The notes beneath the pieces are model-generated. The model made no database searches. It had not been told where the DNA came from and worked only from the letters and a program-made list of their open reading frames with translations. 64,000 nucleotides of DNA from NCBI RefSeq assembly GCF_009914755.1, contig NC_060935.1; one strand, written 5' to 3'. Positions 35,382 to 53,597 of the stretch are shown here, in pieces (within the stretch, counting starts at the first letter, position 1; each line of letters begins with the position of its first letter). The position numbers and the translations under genes were made by a program. The DNA is from the human T2T-CHM13v2.0 reference genome, Homo sapiens.

Positions 35382-35779
35382 TCACCTTGAGCTGAGCATA
35401 TAAACTGCTTGTCATTTCTTTAGTGTAATTTATTCAATGTAGTTAGGAGTAGCCACCCCTCCTCCACAGTCCCTGTAGTACTGACAAAGTCAATTACAGG
35501 AGTCACCTCATGATTCAAGCACTTGCTTCACTAAGAAAATTGTCACGGTCAATAACATGTGACAATTTGGTTAGTTATAATGCCTTTGTATGCCATGGAT
35601 TGCCAGAATCTGATTTACCGTGGATAAGGAATTCAGCATGATGTTCATGACCAAGGACGTTTCAAGTAATCTCAGAATCTCACCTTTGAGAGTCTGCTTT
35701 TTGCTATCACTTCTGTTACCAAATACTTTACCAATCAGGGTCAAGTCAAGACAACAGAAGCCACATCAGTTATTTATCC

Positions 35780-38230
<2,451 letters not shown>

Positions 38231-38486
38231 GAAAGTACCTATAGACCAAAATACCTCATGAACAGAGACAAATGCCAAAAAATAAAAACAAGAACAAAAA
38301 ATTAACAGAAAATAAAGTCAGAAATACAGAAAATAAATGTCATAAATTAAGACATACGTAGATTATATTCACGAATTGAAAGCCTCAGTATTGTTAAGAT
38401 TTCAATTCTGCCCAAATTAATCTATACAATCAATGTAACCCAAATCCAAATTTTAGCAGGACTTCTTGGTTGTTAAACTGATTGTA

Positions 38487-38792
38487 ATTTTTTTTTTCAC
38501 AGGGTCTCTCTCTGTCACCCAGGCTGGAGTGCTGTGGTGCAATCTCAGCTCACTGAAGCCTCAACCTCCCAGGCTCAAGTGGTCCTCCAGCTTAGGCCTC
38601 CCAATTAGCTGGGACTATATACAGGCGCATGACATCATGCCCAGCTTTTATATATATATATATATAAATATTGTAGAGACAGGGTTTCACCATATTTGCC
38701 AAGCTGGTCTCAAACTCCTGGGCTCAAGTGATCCACCTGCCTTAGCCTCCCAAAGTGCTGGGATTGCAGGCATGAACCAGGACTCCATGCCT
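38487..38792 (-). mobile_element. AluJ-like
   Basis: TSD ctgattgtaa; absent at the paralogous site ~24150. Confidence 0.85.
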
Positions 38793-39833
38793 GATTGTAA
38801 ATTTTCTATGGAAATGCAAAGAACCTAGAATACATAAAACAACTTTGTAAAAGAAAACAAAGTTAGAGAACTTATACTATCTGAATTCAAGATTTATTAG
38901 ACAGCTACAACCATCAATACCACATAAAATGGGCATGAAGCTAGACATGGATCATTTGAAAAGAAGTCTGTAAATACAGGCATACGTATATGATCAATTA
39001 AATTTAAATAAATCTGCCAGAGTAAATCAAGAGAGGAGCAGAGAATACTCATCTTTTTAATATATTGAGCGAAAACAACTGGCTATCCATGTGGAAAACA
39101 AAAAACCTTCACCTGAAAGTCACATTATGCAAAAAATTAACTTGGAATACATCAAAGATATAAACATAAATGTTCAAACTACAAAACCTCTGAAGAAAAT
39201 TGGACAAGATGTTTGCAATGTTGAGGTAAGTAAATATTTCTTAGACATGATTAAAAAAATAGAAAAACATAATAGAACTTCAAATTTTTAAATTTCTATT
39301 CTTCCAAAGCATTATTAAGAAAATTAAGAACAAGCTGTAGACTAGGTTAAACTCTTTGCAATACATATTTCTTATAATTAACTGGTATCCAAAATATATT
39401 TAAAATCCCTAAAACTCAAATTCAGAAAAAAAAATTTAATAGTTACAAATTTGAATAGGCACACCACAAAATAAATTATATGATTAGTCAATCAGTACTT
39501 GAAAAGATGATCAACATCACTGGTCATCAGGGAAATGCATATTAACACCATAATAAGATACCACCACATGCCCATGAGGATCATTAAAATCCATGCTGCT
39601 AACAATATCAAGAGTCAGGAAGAGTATGGGAGCCACTGGAACACTGCTGGTGGGGCTGTCAAATAGTGCAATTGCTTTATAAAATAGTCTGGCAATTACT
39701 TAAAAAGTTAAACATGACACAACTGATAACTTGCAACAAAATGGATAAATCTCAAAAGCATAAGAAAAAAGTCAAACACAAAAGAGTCCCTCCATATTAT
39801 AACTCCAGAAAGTTAATTTTTTAGTGAAACTGA

Positions 39834-40292
<459 letters not shown>

Positions 40293-40845
40293 TAATAGTT
40301 CACCAAAACATTACCCACCCATTACCTTTTCACGTCATCTGTTAAACACCGGCCTTGTTGATGTTCCAAAAACATACCCCCCTCACCTTAATACCCTTTT
40401 ATAATTTGCAGTTTTATCCATTGCTGCCTATCTCACTGCCCTGCCTAACGGTTTTTGTTCTGTTTATCACCAACGTACTACATACATTTTATTTACGTTA
40501 TTTATTATCTGGGTCATCCAACTAGAACACTCTATGAGGACAGGATTTGGGTCTGTTTTATTCACTGCTGTACTTTCAATGTCTTGGGTATAAAATAGAC
40601 TCTTGAGTAATAACTGAACAGGTTTTTACACTTTTCTGTGTATTTGATATAAATCACAGATGCCAGACAACTTATATAATCACTAAGTCCCTGTCTCACA
40701 TGAAAGTGATTACTGCATCCTATTCACATATCAATTCTTGTTTCCAATTAAACTTAAAATTTGATTACTCAGACAGAAGAGGATGGAGGCAAAGTTCCAT
40801 TCAGTGTGGTTCTCTGGGACCAAATTACCTGGCTCCTGAACATGA

Positions 40846-41323
<478 letters not shown>

Positions 41324-41494
41324 TAAATTAACACTGTTAATTGTTGGATAGTTTTACTAAGTTATACTGATCTAGCTATCTCCAAATTGAAATATCCCAT
41401 ATGAGAAAATATGCATCCACCAAACATTGTCTAAATTGTGATTCTATTTATGTGGATGCTTATAGAAATGTCATGGAGCTACGACCATTCTGTG

Positions 41495-42130
41495 TATAAT
41501 TAGAAACTGGACTGGTAGCAAATTATTTGAGGTCCAGTTCTCCTAGGTTTTTGGCAATCTAGTTGAAACCCAGGTAGATGGTGTCCTCTGAGCATTGCAA
41601 GCTGTGAAAATTGGACTCAAAGTCTTGCTGGCATAGCACTCGGAACGTTTTAACAAAGCTTTTAGTGAACTGTGGTCAAGGGGATAGATTTCTTCTATTG
41701 CCTCTAAAGAACTTGGACACCAACCAAAATGTGCCTGTATGTGTCTGTGTGTACATGTGCATGCTTTGGTAACATTTTAATAACTCCCATTAAAACTCCA
41801 TTACCAACGGCAAAATCAGCCACTTAATTTCCACTCTCTTGTCCAATAACATTCTCTTTGCGATTCTTAAATTAAGCATGAGCCTCAGGGATTTGGGCAT
41901 AAGACAGGGACACAATGGAAGAATTTTAAAGATGTGATACCTTGAGTCGGCCCTTTCTCTCCTGAAAGTGGAGCAGACACCAAGATATCTGGTATTCCAA
42001 AGGGCTCTACCTTTAGACAAAATCTTCAAGAATTAATGTCAACAATCTTCTGTCATGCACTGTATCTAATAGCATCCAATTTTTTTTTTTGGAGTTTCAG
42101 GATCAGAGGAAGAAACTAAAGCCATCAACC
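41495..42130 (+). promoter_or_regulatory. Putative OR4D8P promoter module (copy 4)
   Basis: Duplicate of copy 3; AACATTTTAATAACTCCCATTAAA at 41771-41794; CCTCAGGGA at 41883. Confidence 0.6.
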
Positions 42131-42327
42131 TGCTAGCTAAGGTTAAGGTTATGTATACTGAAATTGAAATGTTGTTACTAATTACATATAAATAATTTGA
42201 CTTTTTTCAGGTATATTATCTTTTCAGGTATATTAAATGCTTCAGAGTCAAGGTGATCATCTCACTGACAGAAACAAGAAAGGTGGGTGTTAAATATTGG
42301 GGAGACTCATGTTAAGAGCGATACAGA

Positions 42328-42709
<382 letters not shown>

Positions 42710-43569
42710 TCAAATGTTTATCTTCACAACTTTTTTCAAACAATCTTTCTAGAAAAATTTAGAGCCCATGTAGAATACTGGGGAAAAGGCACTATTTCTT
42801 TTATCCTATTTCCATCTTTTGTATTTTATACATCTGTTCCTTCAGCCAAACATAGATTCTGGAAATATTTCATGTGAAGTACAGGAATAGCATCAATGCT
42901 TACCCAATAGATGGTGGTAAGAATTAAATTAATCAAATTTTATGCTGCTTCACACATAGGAATCACTCAGAAAAGTAAAAGCTTTTGTTTTTACTGGAAA
43001 TCATCATATCTTCTATCATGCTTCCAATCTCACCCAAATCTATCTTGTTAAACACTGACAATGTGGTCCAATTTATCCATATGCATTTGAAGATTGCAAT
43101 AAATATTCACTAGGTGGAGCAAGTAATAATAATTTAAAATGTTTCCTTCAAATGATCAATGACAGCTTATAAACATTGGCATTATTCTAAAGATGACAAT
43201 GTCTCTCACTGCTGCATGGTCCCAACACCCTCTTACTTTGATCCAAAAAGGGAAAGAGCAGAAGAAAGTCTAATGAGACAGTGTAGGCTGCCTCTCAGAA
43301 GGGGTCACTGTCTTTTTCTCTCCTCCACACTGGAGCGAGAACCACAGCCTTCCATCACCACTTTCCAGAACACCCTCCTCCACATGATACTAGAAATTCA
43401 TGGATCAAAGTTGAGAGTAAAGAAGTCGAAGGACATTGCCCCCACCCACCATGGAGGAACATTTTAGGCTTTACTATCCTGAATATGAGAACAAGGAGGT
43501 CAGTAGACAGTTCAATCATGCACTAACCAACCAGTACCTAACAAACACTGAATGTAATGATAAGCTCTT

Positions 43570-43899
<330 letters not shown>

Positions 43900-45539
43900 C
43901 TAATAAAAACCTCCTTTCATTCCACACTCTCCCACTCTGTGCCAACCACACTGCATTTTCCAATATTCTTCTGTATAAGTATGTCATCTTCACTACTGAC
44001 TGACTTTTTACAGGCTGTTTCCTTTGCATGATGTATCCTGCTTCCATTTCTTGGAAATTGATCATGACTGAGGGGAAAAACTCACCTCCTCTAGAAAACC
44101 TTCCTGCGCTATTCCCAGCTAGAGCTCTGCTGTGCTCCCACAGCACTATATTGGTACCAGCATCATCTCTCATGTGTGATTATAAACTTATATTTTTGTA
44201 TTTTCCATTAGAGTGAAAAATGCTCCTGAGTAAGAACCTTGCTGTGGTCATGTGTATATGCAGAATTCCAACCACCCCACGAAGATCACAAAATGTGTGT
44301 TGAAGGGTTAAAGGGCTCATTGGCTAAATAAATGCCTTCTCACTTGCCCTGATAAATGCAGTCTCAGGAATGTAATCGAGTCCAACTTTAGAGAGTCAGG
44401 TTCCATTTTAATGGCATCAATTCTTGCTGCACAAACTTACTGAGATTGTTACAGAAGGGGTGGGAGATTGGTTGGGTTAAACTCATGCTAACCTCAAACT
44501 TATCTTGGAATTTTATTATTTTTTTATAAATATCTCATCTGGGACAGTTTTTCTGCCACCTTTACCCTAATGCAAAGACATAATTCTGGTCAACTGAATG
44601 CTTAAACAAAGATTGTATGTTGTAGCAGATGGAATGTTGGCTTTGGAGCTAAAAGAATCACATTGGAAGTTCAGTTCCATCACTTACCACTGTTGTGAGT
44701 TTGGGCAAATGAACTCACCTTTCTGAGCATCATTTCTTTATTGTAGGGAAGAAATAAAAAACTCTTCTTCATAGGAATAAATAAGACAACCGTTCACAGG
44801 ACATTTTAACTCTTGGGGTATGAATACTAGAGGAGGATCATGACTCTCCAACTGGTTTTCTCCCAACCACCTACAAATGGACCTACTGATGGTGGAGACA
44901 GGAAAGGAGGAAGAACGGGACAGGAGAAAAAAGTAGATTACCAGTTGGTTCCCACCTTTTGACAGAGCCGGAAATTGGGGATCAACAATAAGACCCCAGG
45001 GTCAGTCTTGTAACCTCTTAAATGAATCTCCTCCTTAGCTCGGATCCCTCCTCCTCCCTGCTGGTTCAAACTGATAATGTCCACACTGAATCCATTTGAT
45101 ACAGTCCAGAGATGAGGAGTCAGAGCCCCAGTCATTCAGCTAGTTGATGGCAGAATAAGAACTAGATGGAACCAATGCTCCAATCTCCCAAATCCAGAGC
45201 TCTCTTCACTACATCTCACTGTCTCTCTCAGCAGGAAAATTCTTCCTTTTGGGAAAAAACTAATCACCTTTCAGATTTCCAAAATCACTGAAGGTTCTTA
45301 TCAAAATGCGTTCCTGCACAGGGTAGAAAACTAACTGATAATAATAACAGTATTAATAATACAGCAGCAGCTAAAACAAAAATAAGAACCGGCTGATGGT
45401 CCTTTCACTTCTTACATCTAGAAAAATCAGAACCTTTTGACCTCCACAGCAGCATTAAGTAACAAGATGAGATGAAAATATTTTCTTAAAATAAACAGAA
45501 AACAAAATTATTACAATAACATATTTTAGTGCTATTCAC

Positions 45540-45815
45540 TCTCAAAAGGACAAATACTGCACGATTCCACTTCTAAAATAGTCAAATTCATTGAAACTGA
45601 AAGTAGAATGGTAATTGCCAGGGGCTGATGGGAGAGGGAAGAGGGGAGTTGTTGGTCAATGTGCACAAAGTTTCAGTTATACATATACAAGATGTGTAAG
45701 TCCTAGGGAATTTCTGTACAACATTGTACCTATAGTAAACAGTCCTCTACTGGTACACTTAAAAATTTGTTAAAAGAATAGATGTCGTGTTAACTGTTTT
45801 TACCACAATCAAAAA
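45540..45815 (+). mobile_element. L1MB/L1MA10-type 3' end fragment
   Basis: ggacaaatactgcacgattccac...aaagtagaatggtaattgccagggg...taccacaat. Confidence 0.7.
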
Positions 45816-46530
45816 CATTAATTGTATTCTTTGAGATTTGTTTTTACATGTTGTTTCAAATCTGTTTCCTAATAGCAAATTTAACATGCTTTCAAATAAA
45901 TATTAAGCAAAAAATCTGATTAGTGTAAAGTAGTGACAAGGACAAGTTGACTAAATGAAATCATAGGCTGCAATTTTAAGAAATCTGACAGAATACAACC
46001 AAGAGCTAGGAAATTGATCCGTGACACAGCAACATTGCAATAAGAAATAGAACAGCAAGATAAGACTCTCTTGAAGTCAACAGAATATTAGCTACTATGA
46101 CTATTAAGTGTGTAGACTATAAGTTTCCTAATGGCTGGAACTATGTCTAACTTATCTTTGTATTTAACACTTCACAGTTCCTGGCAACCAATAAGTTTGC
46201 ATGGATATAAAAATAAATAATAAATATAATAAAAATAATCAATTATATTAAATATAATATGTAAATGTCACTATTAAACATGATACGATTATTCTTTCCC
46301 AAAATAGTTTCATAGGAAAATAATTATTGAATGACTTTGCATGTGATAATTTGATCACCAAACTGATTGCTATCTTAAAAATGTGGACAATGCAGCAAAT
46401 AGCGAACACTGCAATCACGAAGGAAGTTTCTGAATTGCATTCTAGTGTGCTTGGGAGGACAATAAAATAAACATCCCTGTGCTGTTGTATGACATAGCTT
46501 GAAACAAAAGAGAATAAAGAGGATGATTCA

Positions 46531-47460
46531 ATGGAGATGAAAAACTGTACCAGGGTAAAAGAATTTATTTTCCTTGGCCTAACCCAGAATGGGGACACAA
46601 GATTGGTCCTATTTCTTTTCCTACTCTTGGTGTACATGACGACTCTGCTGGGAAACCTCCTCATCATGGTCACTGTCACCTGTGAATCTTGCCTTCACAT
46701 GCCCATGTATTTTTTGCTCCATAATTTATCTATTGCCGATATCTGCTTCTACTCCATCACAGAGCCCAAGGTTCTGGTGGACCTTCTGTCTGAGAGAAAG
46801 ACCATCTCCTTCAATGGTTGCTTCACTCAGATGTTTCTCTTCCACCTTATTGGAGGGGTGGATGCATTTTCTCTATCAGTGATGGCATTGGATCAATATG
46901 TGGCCATTTCCAAGTCCCTGCACTATGCGACCATCATGAGTAGAGACCGTTGCATTGGGCTCACAGTGGCTGCCTGGTTGGGGGGCTTTGTCCACTCCAT
47001 TGTGCAGATTACCCTGTTGCTCCCACTCCCTTTCTGTGGACCAAATGTTCTTGACACTTTCTACTGTGATGTTCCCCAGGTTCTCAAACTCGCCCATACA
47101 GACATTTTCATACTTGAGCTGTTGATGATTTCCAACAATGGACTGCTCACCACACTGTGGTTTTTCCTGCTCCTGGTGTCCTACATGGTCATATTATCAT
47201 TACTCAAGTCTCAGGCAGGATAGGGCAGGAGGAAAGTCATCTCCACCTGCATCTCCCACATCACTGTGGTGACCCTGCATTTTGTGCCCTGCATCTATGT
47301 CTATGCCCGGCCTTTCACTGCCCTCCCCACGGATAAGGCCATCTCTGTCACCTTCACTGTCATCTCCCCTCTGCTCAACCCTTGATCTACACTCTGAGAA
47401 ACCATGAGATGAAGTCAACCATGAAGAGACTGAAGACTCTGACCTTCTGATAGGAAATAG
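46531..47460 (+). pseudogene. OR4D8P: Olfactory receptor pseudogene, closest paralog of OR4D10
   Basis: Colinear with OR4D10. GAG>TAG at codon 231 (47221-47223); 1-bp deletion in the NP codons (~47380, giving TGA at 47383); 5-bp deletion near 47435; DRY>DQY. Symbol inferred from its position between OR4D10 and OR4D11. Confidence 0.85.
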
Positions 47461-48337
47461 ACCAGTGCTTCCCTCCTTCTCACCACTTTTGAAAATGCTT
47501 GCCCAGCAAATACTTTCTACTCACTAATTGATTTCTAATTATTTTTTAGTCTACTAATAAGAAGCACATGACTTTCAAACATTCTGATTAGCAGGTCATA
47601 ATAATGTAAAAAAGATGGGTTCTGTGTCACAGGAGAAAGTACAGAGATAAAATTGTTAGCAGGAGAGGTGTATATTGTTTTTGTAATTCAGTCTTGGAAA
47701 ACCTAAAAGAAATGAAATCAAAATACACTCAGACATTTCCACTACAATCCTTTACTGCTGCCAGGAAGGGAGCTGAGACACATATTAGAAATATGATGCA
47801 GCTTGGGCATTAGGATTCCATAAGACCTTTCACAGAGTCATCATATCCTAATTAAAGAAACCACATCCAAGTTAAGTTCCTCCTCCAATCCTGTAAATGA
47901 ACCAAATAAATATCACTGTTAGATTTTTTAATCTAAAGCCCACCTACCGATAGCTGAGAGCAGGTGCTTGGATCAGCATAGCTTGAGTTAGAACATGACC
48001 TCACCTATTGTGACCTCTATGACCTTGAACATAGTTCTAACCTGATCTTCCTCTGAACCCCAGGTCTGCTGGCCCCCGCTCCAGGACATTCCGTCAGTAG
48101 CCTGTGCTTGGCTGTAGCACAACCCTTGGGACCCTGTTTCAATTCCGTGTTCTCTTTCTCCCAATCTCCCCCAGTAGGATTATGCTTTATTTATTGTCAT
48201 ATCCCCAACACCTGGCACAAGTATAATATAATAAACGCTACTGAAAATTACTGAATTAAAACATTCAGTGAAAGACTACTGCCTCTCACTCATTTCTGCT
48301 ACTCAAATCATTGGAAAGTATTGTTAAGAAAATAATT

Positions 48338-49117
48338 AAAAATGCTCACCATCATTGGCCATCAGAGAAATGCAAATCAAAACCACAATGAGATATCATC
48401 TCACACCAGTTAGAATGGCAATCATTAAAAAGTCAGGAAACAACAGGTGCTGGAGAGGATGTGGAGAAATAGGAACACTTTTACACTGTTGGTGGGACTG
48501 TAAACTAGTTCAACCATTGTGGAAGTCAGTGTGGCGATTCCTCAGGGATCTAGAACTAGAAATACCATTTGACCCAGCCATCCCATTACTGGGTATATAC
48601 CCAAAGGACTATAAATCATGGTGCTATAAAGACACATGTACACGTATGTTTATTGTGGCACTATTCACAATAGCAAAGACTTGGAACCAACCCAAATGTC
48701 CAACAACGATAGACTGGATTAAGAAAATGGGGCACATATACACCATGGAATACTATGCAGCCATAAAAAATGATGAGTTCATATCCTTTGCAGGGACATG
48801 GATGAAATTGGAAATCATCATTCTCAGTAAACTATCACAAGGACAAAAAACCAAACACTGCATGTTCTCACTCAAAGGTGGGAATTGAACAATGAGAACA
48901 CATGGACACAGGAAGGGGAACATCACACTCTGGGGACTGTTGTGGGGTGGGGGAAGTGGGGAGGGATGGCATTAGGAGATATACCTAATGCTAAATGACG
49001 AGTTGATGGGTGCAGCACACCAGCATGGCACATGTATACATATGTAACTAACCTGCATATTGTGCACATGTACCCTAAAACTTAAAGTATAATAATTAAA
49101 AAAAAGCATTAAAAAAA
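48338..49117 (+). mobile_element. 5'-truncated young L1PA (L1PA3-5-like)
   Basis: Open ORF2 C-terminus ending at its natural stop (48888), 3'UTR and A tail; 12-bp TSD aagaaaataatt at 48326-48337 and 49118-49129. Confidence 0.95.
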
Positions 49118-51086
49118 AAGAAAATAATTCATTTTTTACTCTCTGAAGACATGACTTCCTAAAAATGACTGAAATCTTTGAAGCTGCTTCGGACTGTGCA
49201 TACTTATTCAAAAAGCTGGAATAAAATGGAAAATATTATTCGATATATCAAGTTGGTTTTTATTTGTTTACTTAATGTGCTATTACAGCTGCTGGGAGTT
49301 ATTCTTTTGTTTTTTGTTTTGCCCATTTCTGGAGGTAGATCCTAGATATCTTAAAATTGTTGAAACTAGCAAAATGTGTATGTCGGTATACAAATCTCAA
49401 TTCACAAATCAGATATGCAAAGGCCCTGAGATGGGGATGTGTCCACAAGGTCAAAGAAACAGCAAGGAGGCCCTTGGGACTAAGTGAGAAGAAGCAAGTA
49501 AGAGAGAGGAAGTGCCTGTAGTTGAGTTCAGAGAGATGGTAGGGTCATGGGGCCAGTTCATCGCAACTTTGTGGACCACTGCACAGCTTTTAGCTTTCAC
49601 ACTGAGTAAGATGTGGCACATTTGGAGGCCTTCAAGGAGCAGAAGAGGTGTAAGGACAAAAACCAGGCAGCAATTCAGAGCCTACTATAATAGCCCCATG
49701 AGAGAAAGAATGAAGACATGACTTAGAATGGTAATGGTGGTCATGGTGAGAAGTTTGAAAAACGTTGAAGGTCAAGTTGGCATGATTTGCAGATGAACCC
49801 AACATAGGTTTCCTGACTACTATGCATCCCGTGAGAACTCCATCATCCAATTTTGTCATCAGGCCATTGAAAGTTCCTTCATTCTCACCTACACGATCCC
49901 TTCAGATCCAATATCTCCTTCCAGTACTTATGTGTCACACTTCAGACTCATCTTGCATGCATGGGACTGCAAGAATAGAAACTTATTTCCCAGCAGAAGC
50001 CAGAGGTTAACCTCTTCTAGTCATATTGTAGGAGTCAGTATAGCTGTGGAATCTTCTTCAGGACTCACGCTCTCCAGAAAGCATCCAGGTAATCCAAGCT
50101 AGGAAAATAAATAAATTAAAATAAAATTAACTTTTTATATTCATGAATAAATGCTGTACCTGGAAATAATAATATAAAAAGTCAGGTTTTTGTTTTGTTT
50201 TCTTTGGTTGGTACCATTTATTGTGTCATTTATTTATATTTTCAAATCACTTAATAAATTTTTTTTAACATAGGCACCAGTTTTTCTTGGAGAAATGACT
50301 GATTTTAGGACTGGGGCAGGGAATATACAATATAAGCCTGGAGCACCTTTTAGCACCAAAAAACAAGGAAATGTTTAAAAAGCAAAACAGTGGAGGTATG
50401 TCAAAGGGGCACAGGAGCCAACTGAAAGAATTTCCCATGGCCAAAGTTGGAACGACAAAATACATAATGTAGTCAAGGATTATAACCCAAAGTATAAAAT
50501 AAATATCCATGAGCCCAGTCATAAATAAACGATTAAATAAATCAATAAATGGAGGATAATAGACAAGTCTTGCATGCAGGAGAATTCCAAATAATGTATG
50601 TAGATTGTCCACCCTCAAGGACGTGGAGCATGACTCCCGATTTTTTTTTTAATTGAGACATGATCTCACTCTGTTGCCCAGGCTGGAGGGCAGTGGTGCA
50701 TCTTGGCTTATTGCAGCCTCAACCTCCTAGGCTCAGGCGATCCTCCCACCTCAGCCTCACAAGTAGCTGGGACTATAGGCAGGTGCCACCATGCCTGGCT
50801 AATTGTTGTATTTTTAGTAGAGACAGGGTTTCACCCTGTTTCCCAGACTGGTTTCAAACTCCTGAGCTCAAACAATACTCCTGCCTTGGCCTCCCAAATT
50901 GCTGGAATTGCAGGCACAGGCCACCACACCCAGCCCCAACTCTCTAAGTGTGAGTTATAAATAGTTATCTCCTCTCTCCAAAGAGTACAGTTTTTTAAAA
51001 TCCTGGGGAAACCTGACAAAGACTACCTCAGCCGGGTGTTCAAAGTTAACATCATCAGTGATCAATCATGTTAGTGGCATGTACCC

Positions 51087-51454
51087 TAATATGGTTTGAC
51101 TATGTCCTCACCCAAATCTCATCTTGAATTGTAGTTCCCATAATTCCCATGTGTTGTGGGAGGGATTTGGTGGGAGATAATTGAATCATGGGGGTGGTTT
51201 CCTCCATACTGTTCTCATGGTAGTGAATAAGTCTCACGAGATCTGATGGTTTTATAAGGGGTTTCTCCTTTTTCTTGGTTCTCATTCTCTCTTCCCTGCC
51301 ACCATGTAAGACATGACTTGCTCCTCCTTGCCTTCCGCCATGACTGTGAGGTTTCCCCAGCCATGTGGAACTGTGAGTCAATTAAACCTCCTTCCTTTAT
51401 AAGTACCCGGTCTCTGGTATGTCTTCATCAGCAGTGCAAAAACACACTAATACA
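51087..51454 (+). mobile_element. THE1 (MaLR) solo LTR
   Basis: taatatggtttgactatgtcctcacccaaatctcatcttgaattgtag...actaataca; 5-bp TSD taccc/tacca. Confidence 0.92.
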
Positions 51455-51579
51455 TACCATTTGATATGATGTGATGAGAGTGGCATTTGGCCTCTGTGTT
51501 CTTTCTCCCAGACATCTGCAACCCCTGTCTAACCATGAGAAAATCATCAGGACCAGCCAAACTGAAGAACATCATATAA

Positions 51580-52104
51580 CAGCAGTCCCCAACCTTTTTG
51601 GCATCATGGGCTGGTTTCACAGAGGATAATTTTTCCACAAATGAAGGTGGTGGGGAAGGTTTTGGGATGATTCATGTGCGTTACATATATCCTGCACTTT
51701 ATTATTATTACATGTAATATACGATGAAATAATTATACAACTTGCCATAATGTAGAATCAGTGGTAGCCCAGGGCTTGTTTTTCTGCAACAAGATGGTCC
51801 CATCTGGGAATGATGGGAGACAGTGACAGATCATCAGGCGTTAGAGTCTTATAAGGAGCAACCAACCTAGATCCCTTGCATGCAGAGTTCACAGTATTGT
51901 TCCCACTCCTATAAGAATCTAATGTCCCCACTGATCTGACAGGAGGTGGAGCTCAGGCAGTAATGCCAGCAGTGAGGAGCAGCTGTAAATACAGATGAAG
52001 CTTCTGTCACTTGCTTACCCCCTACTCACCTCCTGCTGTGTGGCCTGGTTTCTAACAGGCCAAAAGCTGGTAACAGTTCATGGCCTGGTGGTTGGGGACC
52101 CCTG
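51580..52104 (+). mobile_element. MER1A (hAT-Charlie MITE)
   Basis: Terminal inverted repeats cagcagtccccaacc / ggttggggacccctg; 525 bp. Confidence 0.88.
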
Positions 52105-52744
52105 TTCTATACAATACTTGACAATGACTCTCAGTACTGTCAAGGTCATCAAAAACAAGGGAAACAATGGAAGCAATTATGGCCAATATTCCATTTTTAG
52201 AAGCTTAAAGCTGTAGATCTTAAAGATGGTCAAACAATGAAGCTAGCTATTGAGTAGAATCACATTTCTCACTGTGTGGCCATCTTGGTGTCTCGTTTCA
52301 TTTGACTTTATTTTTCTTAGTATAGACAGCCAACCACACTACTCTGTCCTGTGCCTGCTTCAACCTCTTCCCAGACTGGGGATTCCTAGTCAGTAAAGTA
52401 AGTGTTGAGATCTGGAGAAGGGATGAGCCTTCCCCAAAGCTCGCATGCCCATGTACTGTTTGTTACTAAAGGTTCCATTTCCAGTTCTCTTTGTGCAAGT
52501 TGTTAGACTTGGAAATAGAATAGGATGGAAGACCGGGCAGTGAGTCCAGTGCCCTCGTCACCTCCAAGTTTCTCTGCACCATGGGCACTCGTGGAAGGGT
52601 GCCCTCTGATCGCCAAGAACAGCACTTTTTGGACTTTCTCAGGAATACAGCTTGACTTGTTTCCACACAACCTTTCTTCCTTTTGAAGCCAGAAGATAAG
52701 GGGATTAATTCTTTCAGTTGCCTCTGAAAAATTTTAGGCTCCAG

Positions 52745-53115
52745 ACAAAATGTGTGTTCCTAAGCATATGTGTCTGAGTGACTTCTTAATTACTCCCACT
52801 GAAACAACCTCACCATCAGCAGAATTTTTCCACAACTGCATCCAACTGTAATCCCTCTGATAATTCTCACACTAGTTCTGGGATTAAGGAACTGGTAAAT
52901 ATGATGGGACACTGTGAATCAGTGTGGAAGAGCCAAGAAAATATCATTCCCTAAGTCCTTTCCACATTAAGATAGAAGAGATGCCATTGAAATAACCGGC
53001 CTTCAGAGGGGTGTTGAGCAGAATTTTCTGAAGTTGGATGATTCCTGAGATTCATGTGAACATTATTTAAGATGCTGGAATTCTTGGAAGAAGATTGCAG
53101 ATTTTAGGTAAAAAA
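52745..53115 (+). promoter_or_regulatory. Putative OR4D11 promoter/first-exon module (copy 5)
   Basis: GACTTCTTAATTACTCCCACTGAA at 52780-52803, then atccaac...taattctcac, donor tag|gtaaaa at 53108. Confidence 0.55.
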
Positions 53116-53597
53116 ATAAAAGTCTGCATGTGTGTGTGTGCCTGGGGTGTCTGGGTGTTTATGCATAGAGTGAGAAATAAGAAAAAAAATTGAAATCTAG
53201 ATGTAATCATTAAGATTCACAAATACACTATGACTACAAATAATGTAATATGTATACAAGATGCTGCATTCTGGGAGAACCTTCCTTTAGTAACAGACAG
53301 CATAAGCTAGAAATAGTAACAAAGAGTACGTTGTGGAATGAGAGAAAGAGTTGAGGTCAATTTGGAATTGGGGAAAAGGCAGCTTTTGCTTTCTGCGACC
53401 TCTTGAATAGTACAGAGAAGAGATTTTTCTCAGTCTTCTTTTCTCTAGACGGATCTTCTCAGGCTGAAATCAACAGAGGTGATTCTTACCCTGAACTTAA
53501 ACCTGCAGTAACAAACGCTCACAAAAGTTGAGAGACTCAGACAATAAACACCTGTCTACCCTTCTTTAGATCTAACACAAAAATAAGAAGTTTATAG

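Larger units (their letters stand above)
50270..52165 (+). mobile_element. Ancient L1MC/MD 3'UTR hosting nested AluJ (50640-50935, minus), THE1 and MER1A
   Basis: gtcaaaggggcacaggagccaactgaaag... host sequence resumes after each insert. Confidence 0.7.
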
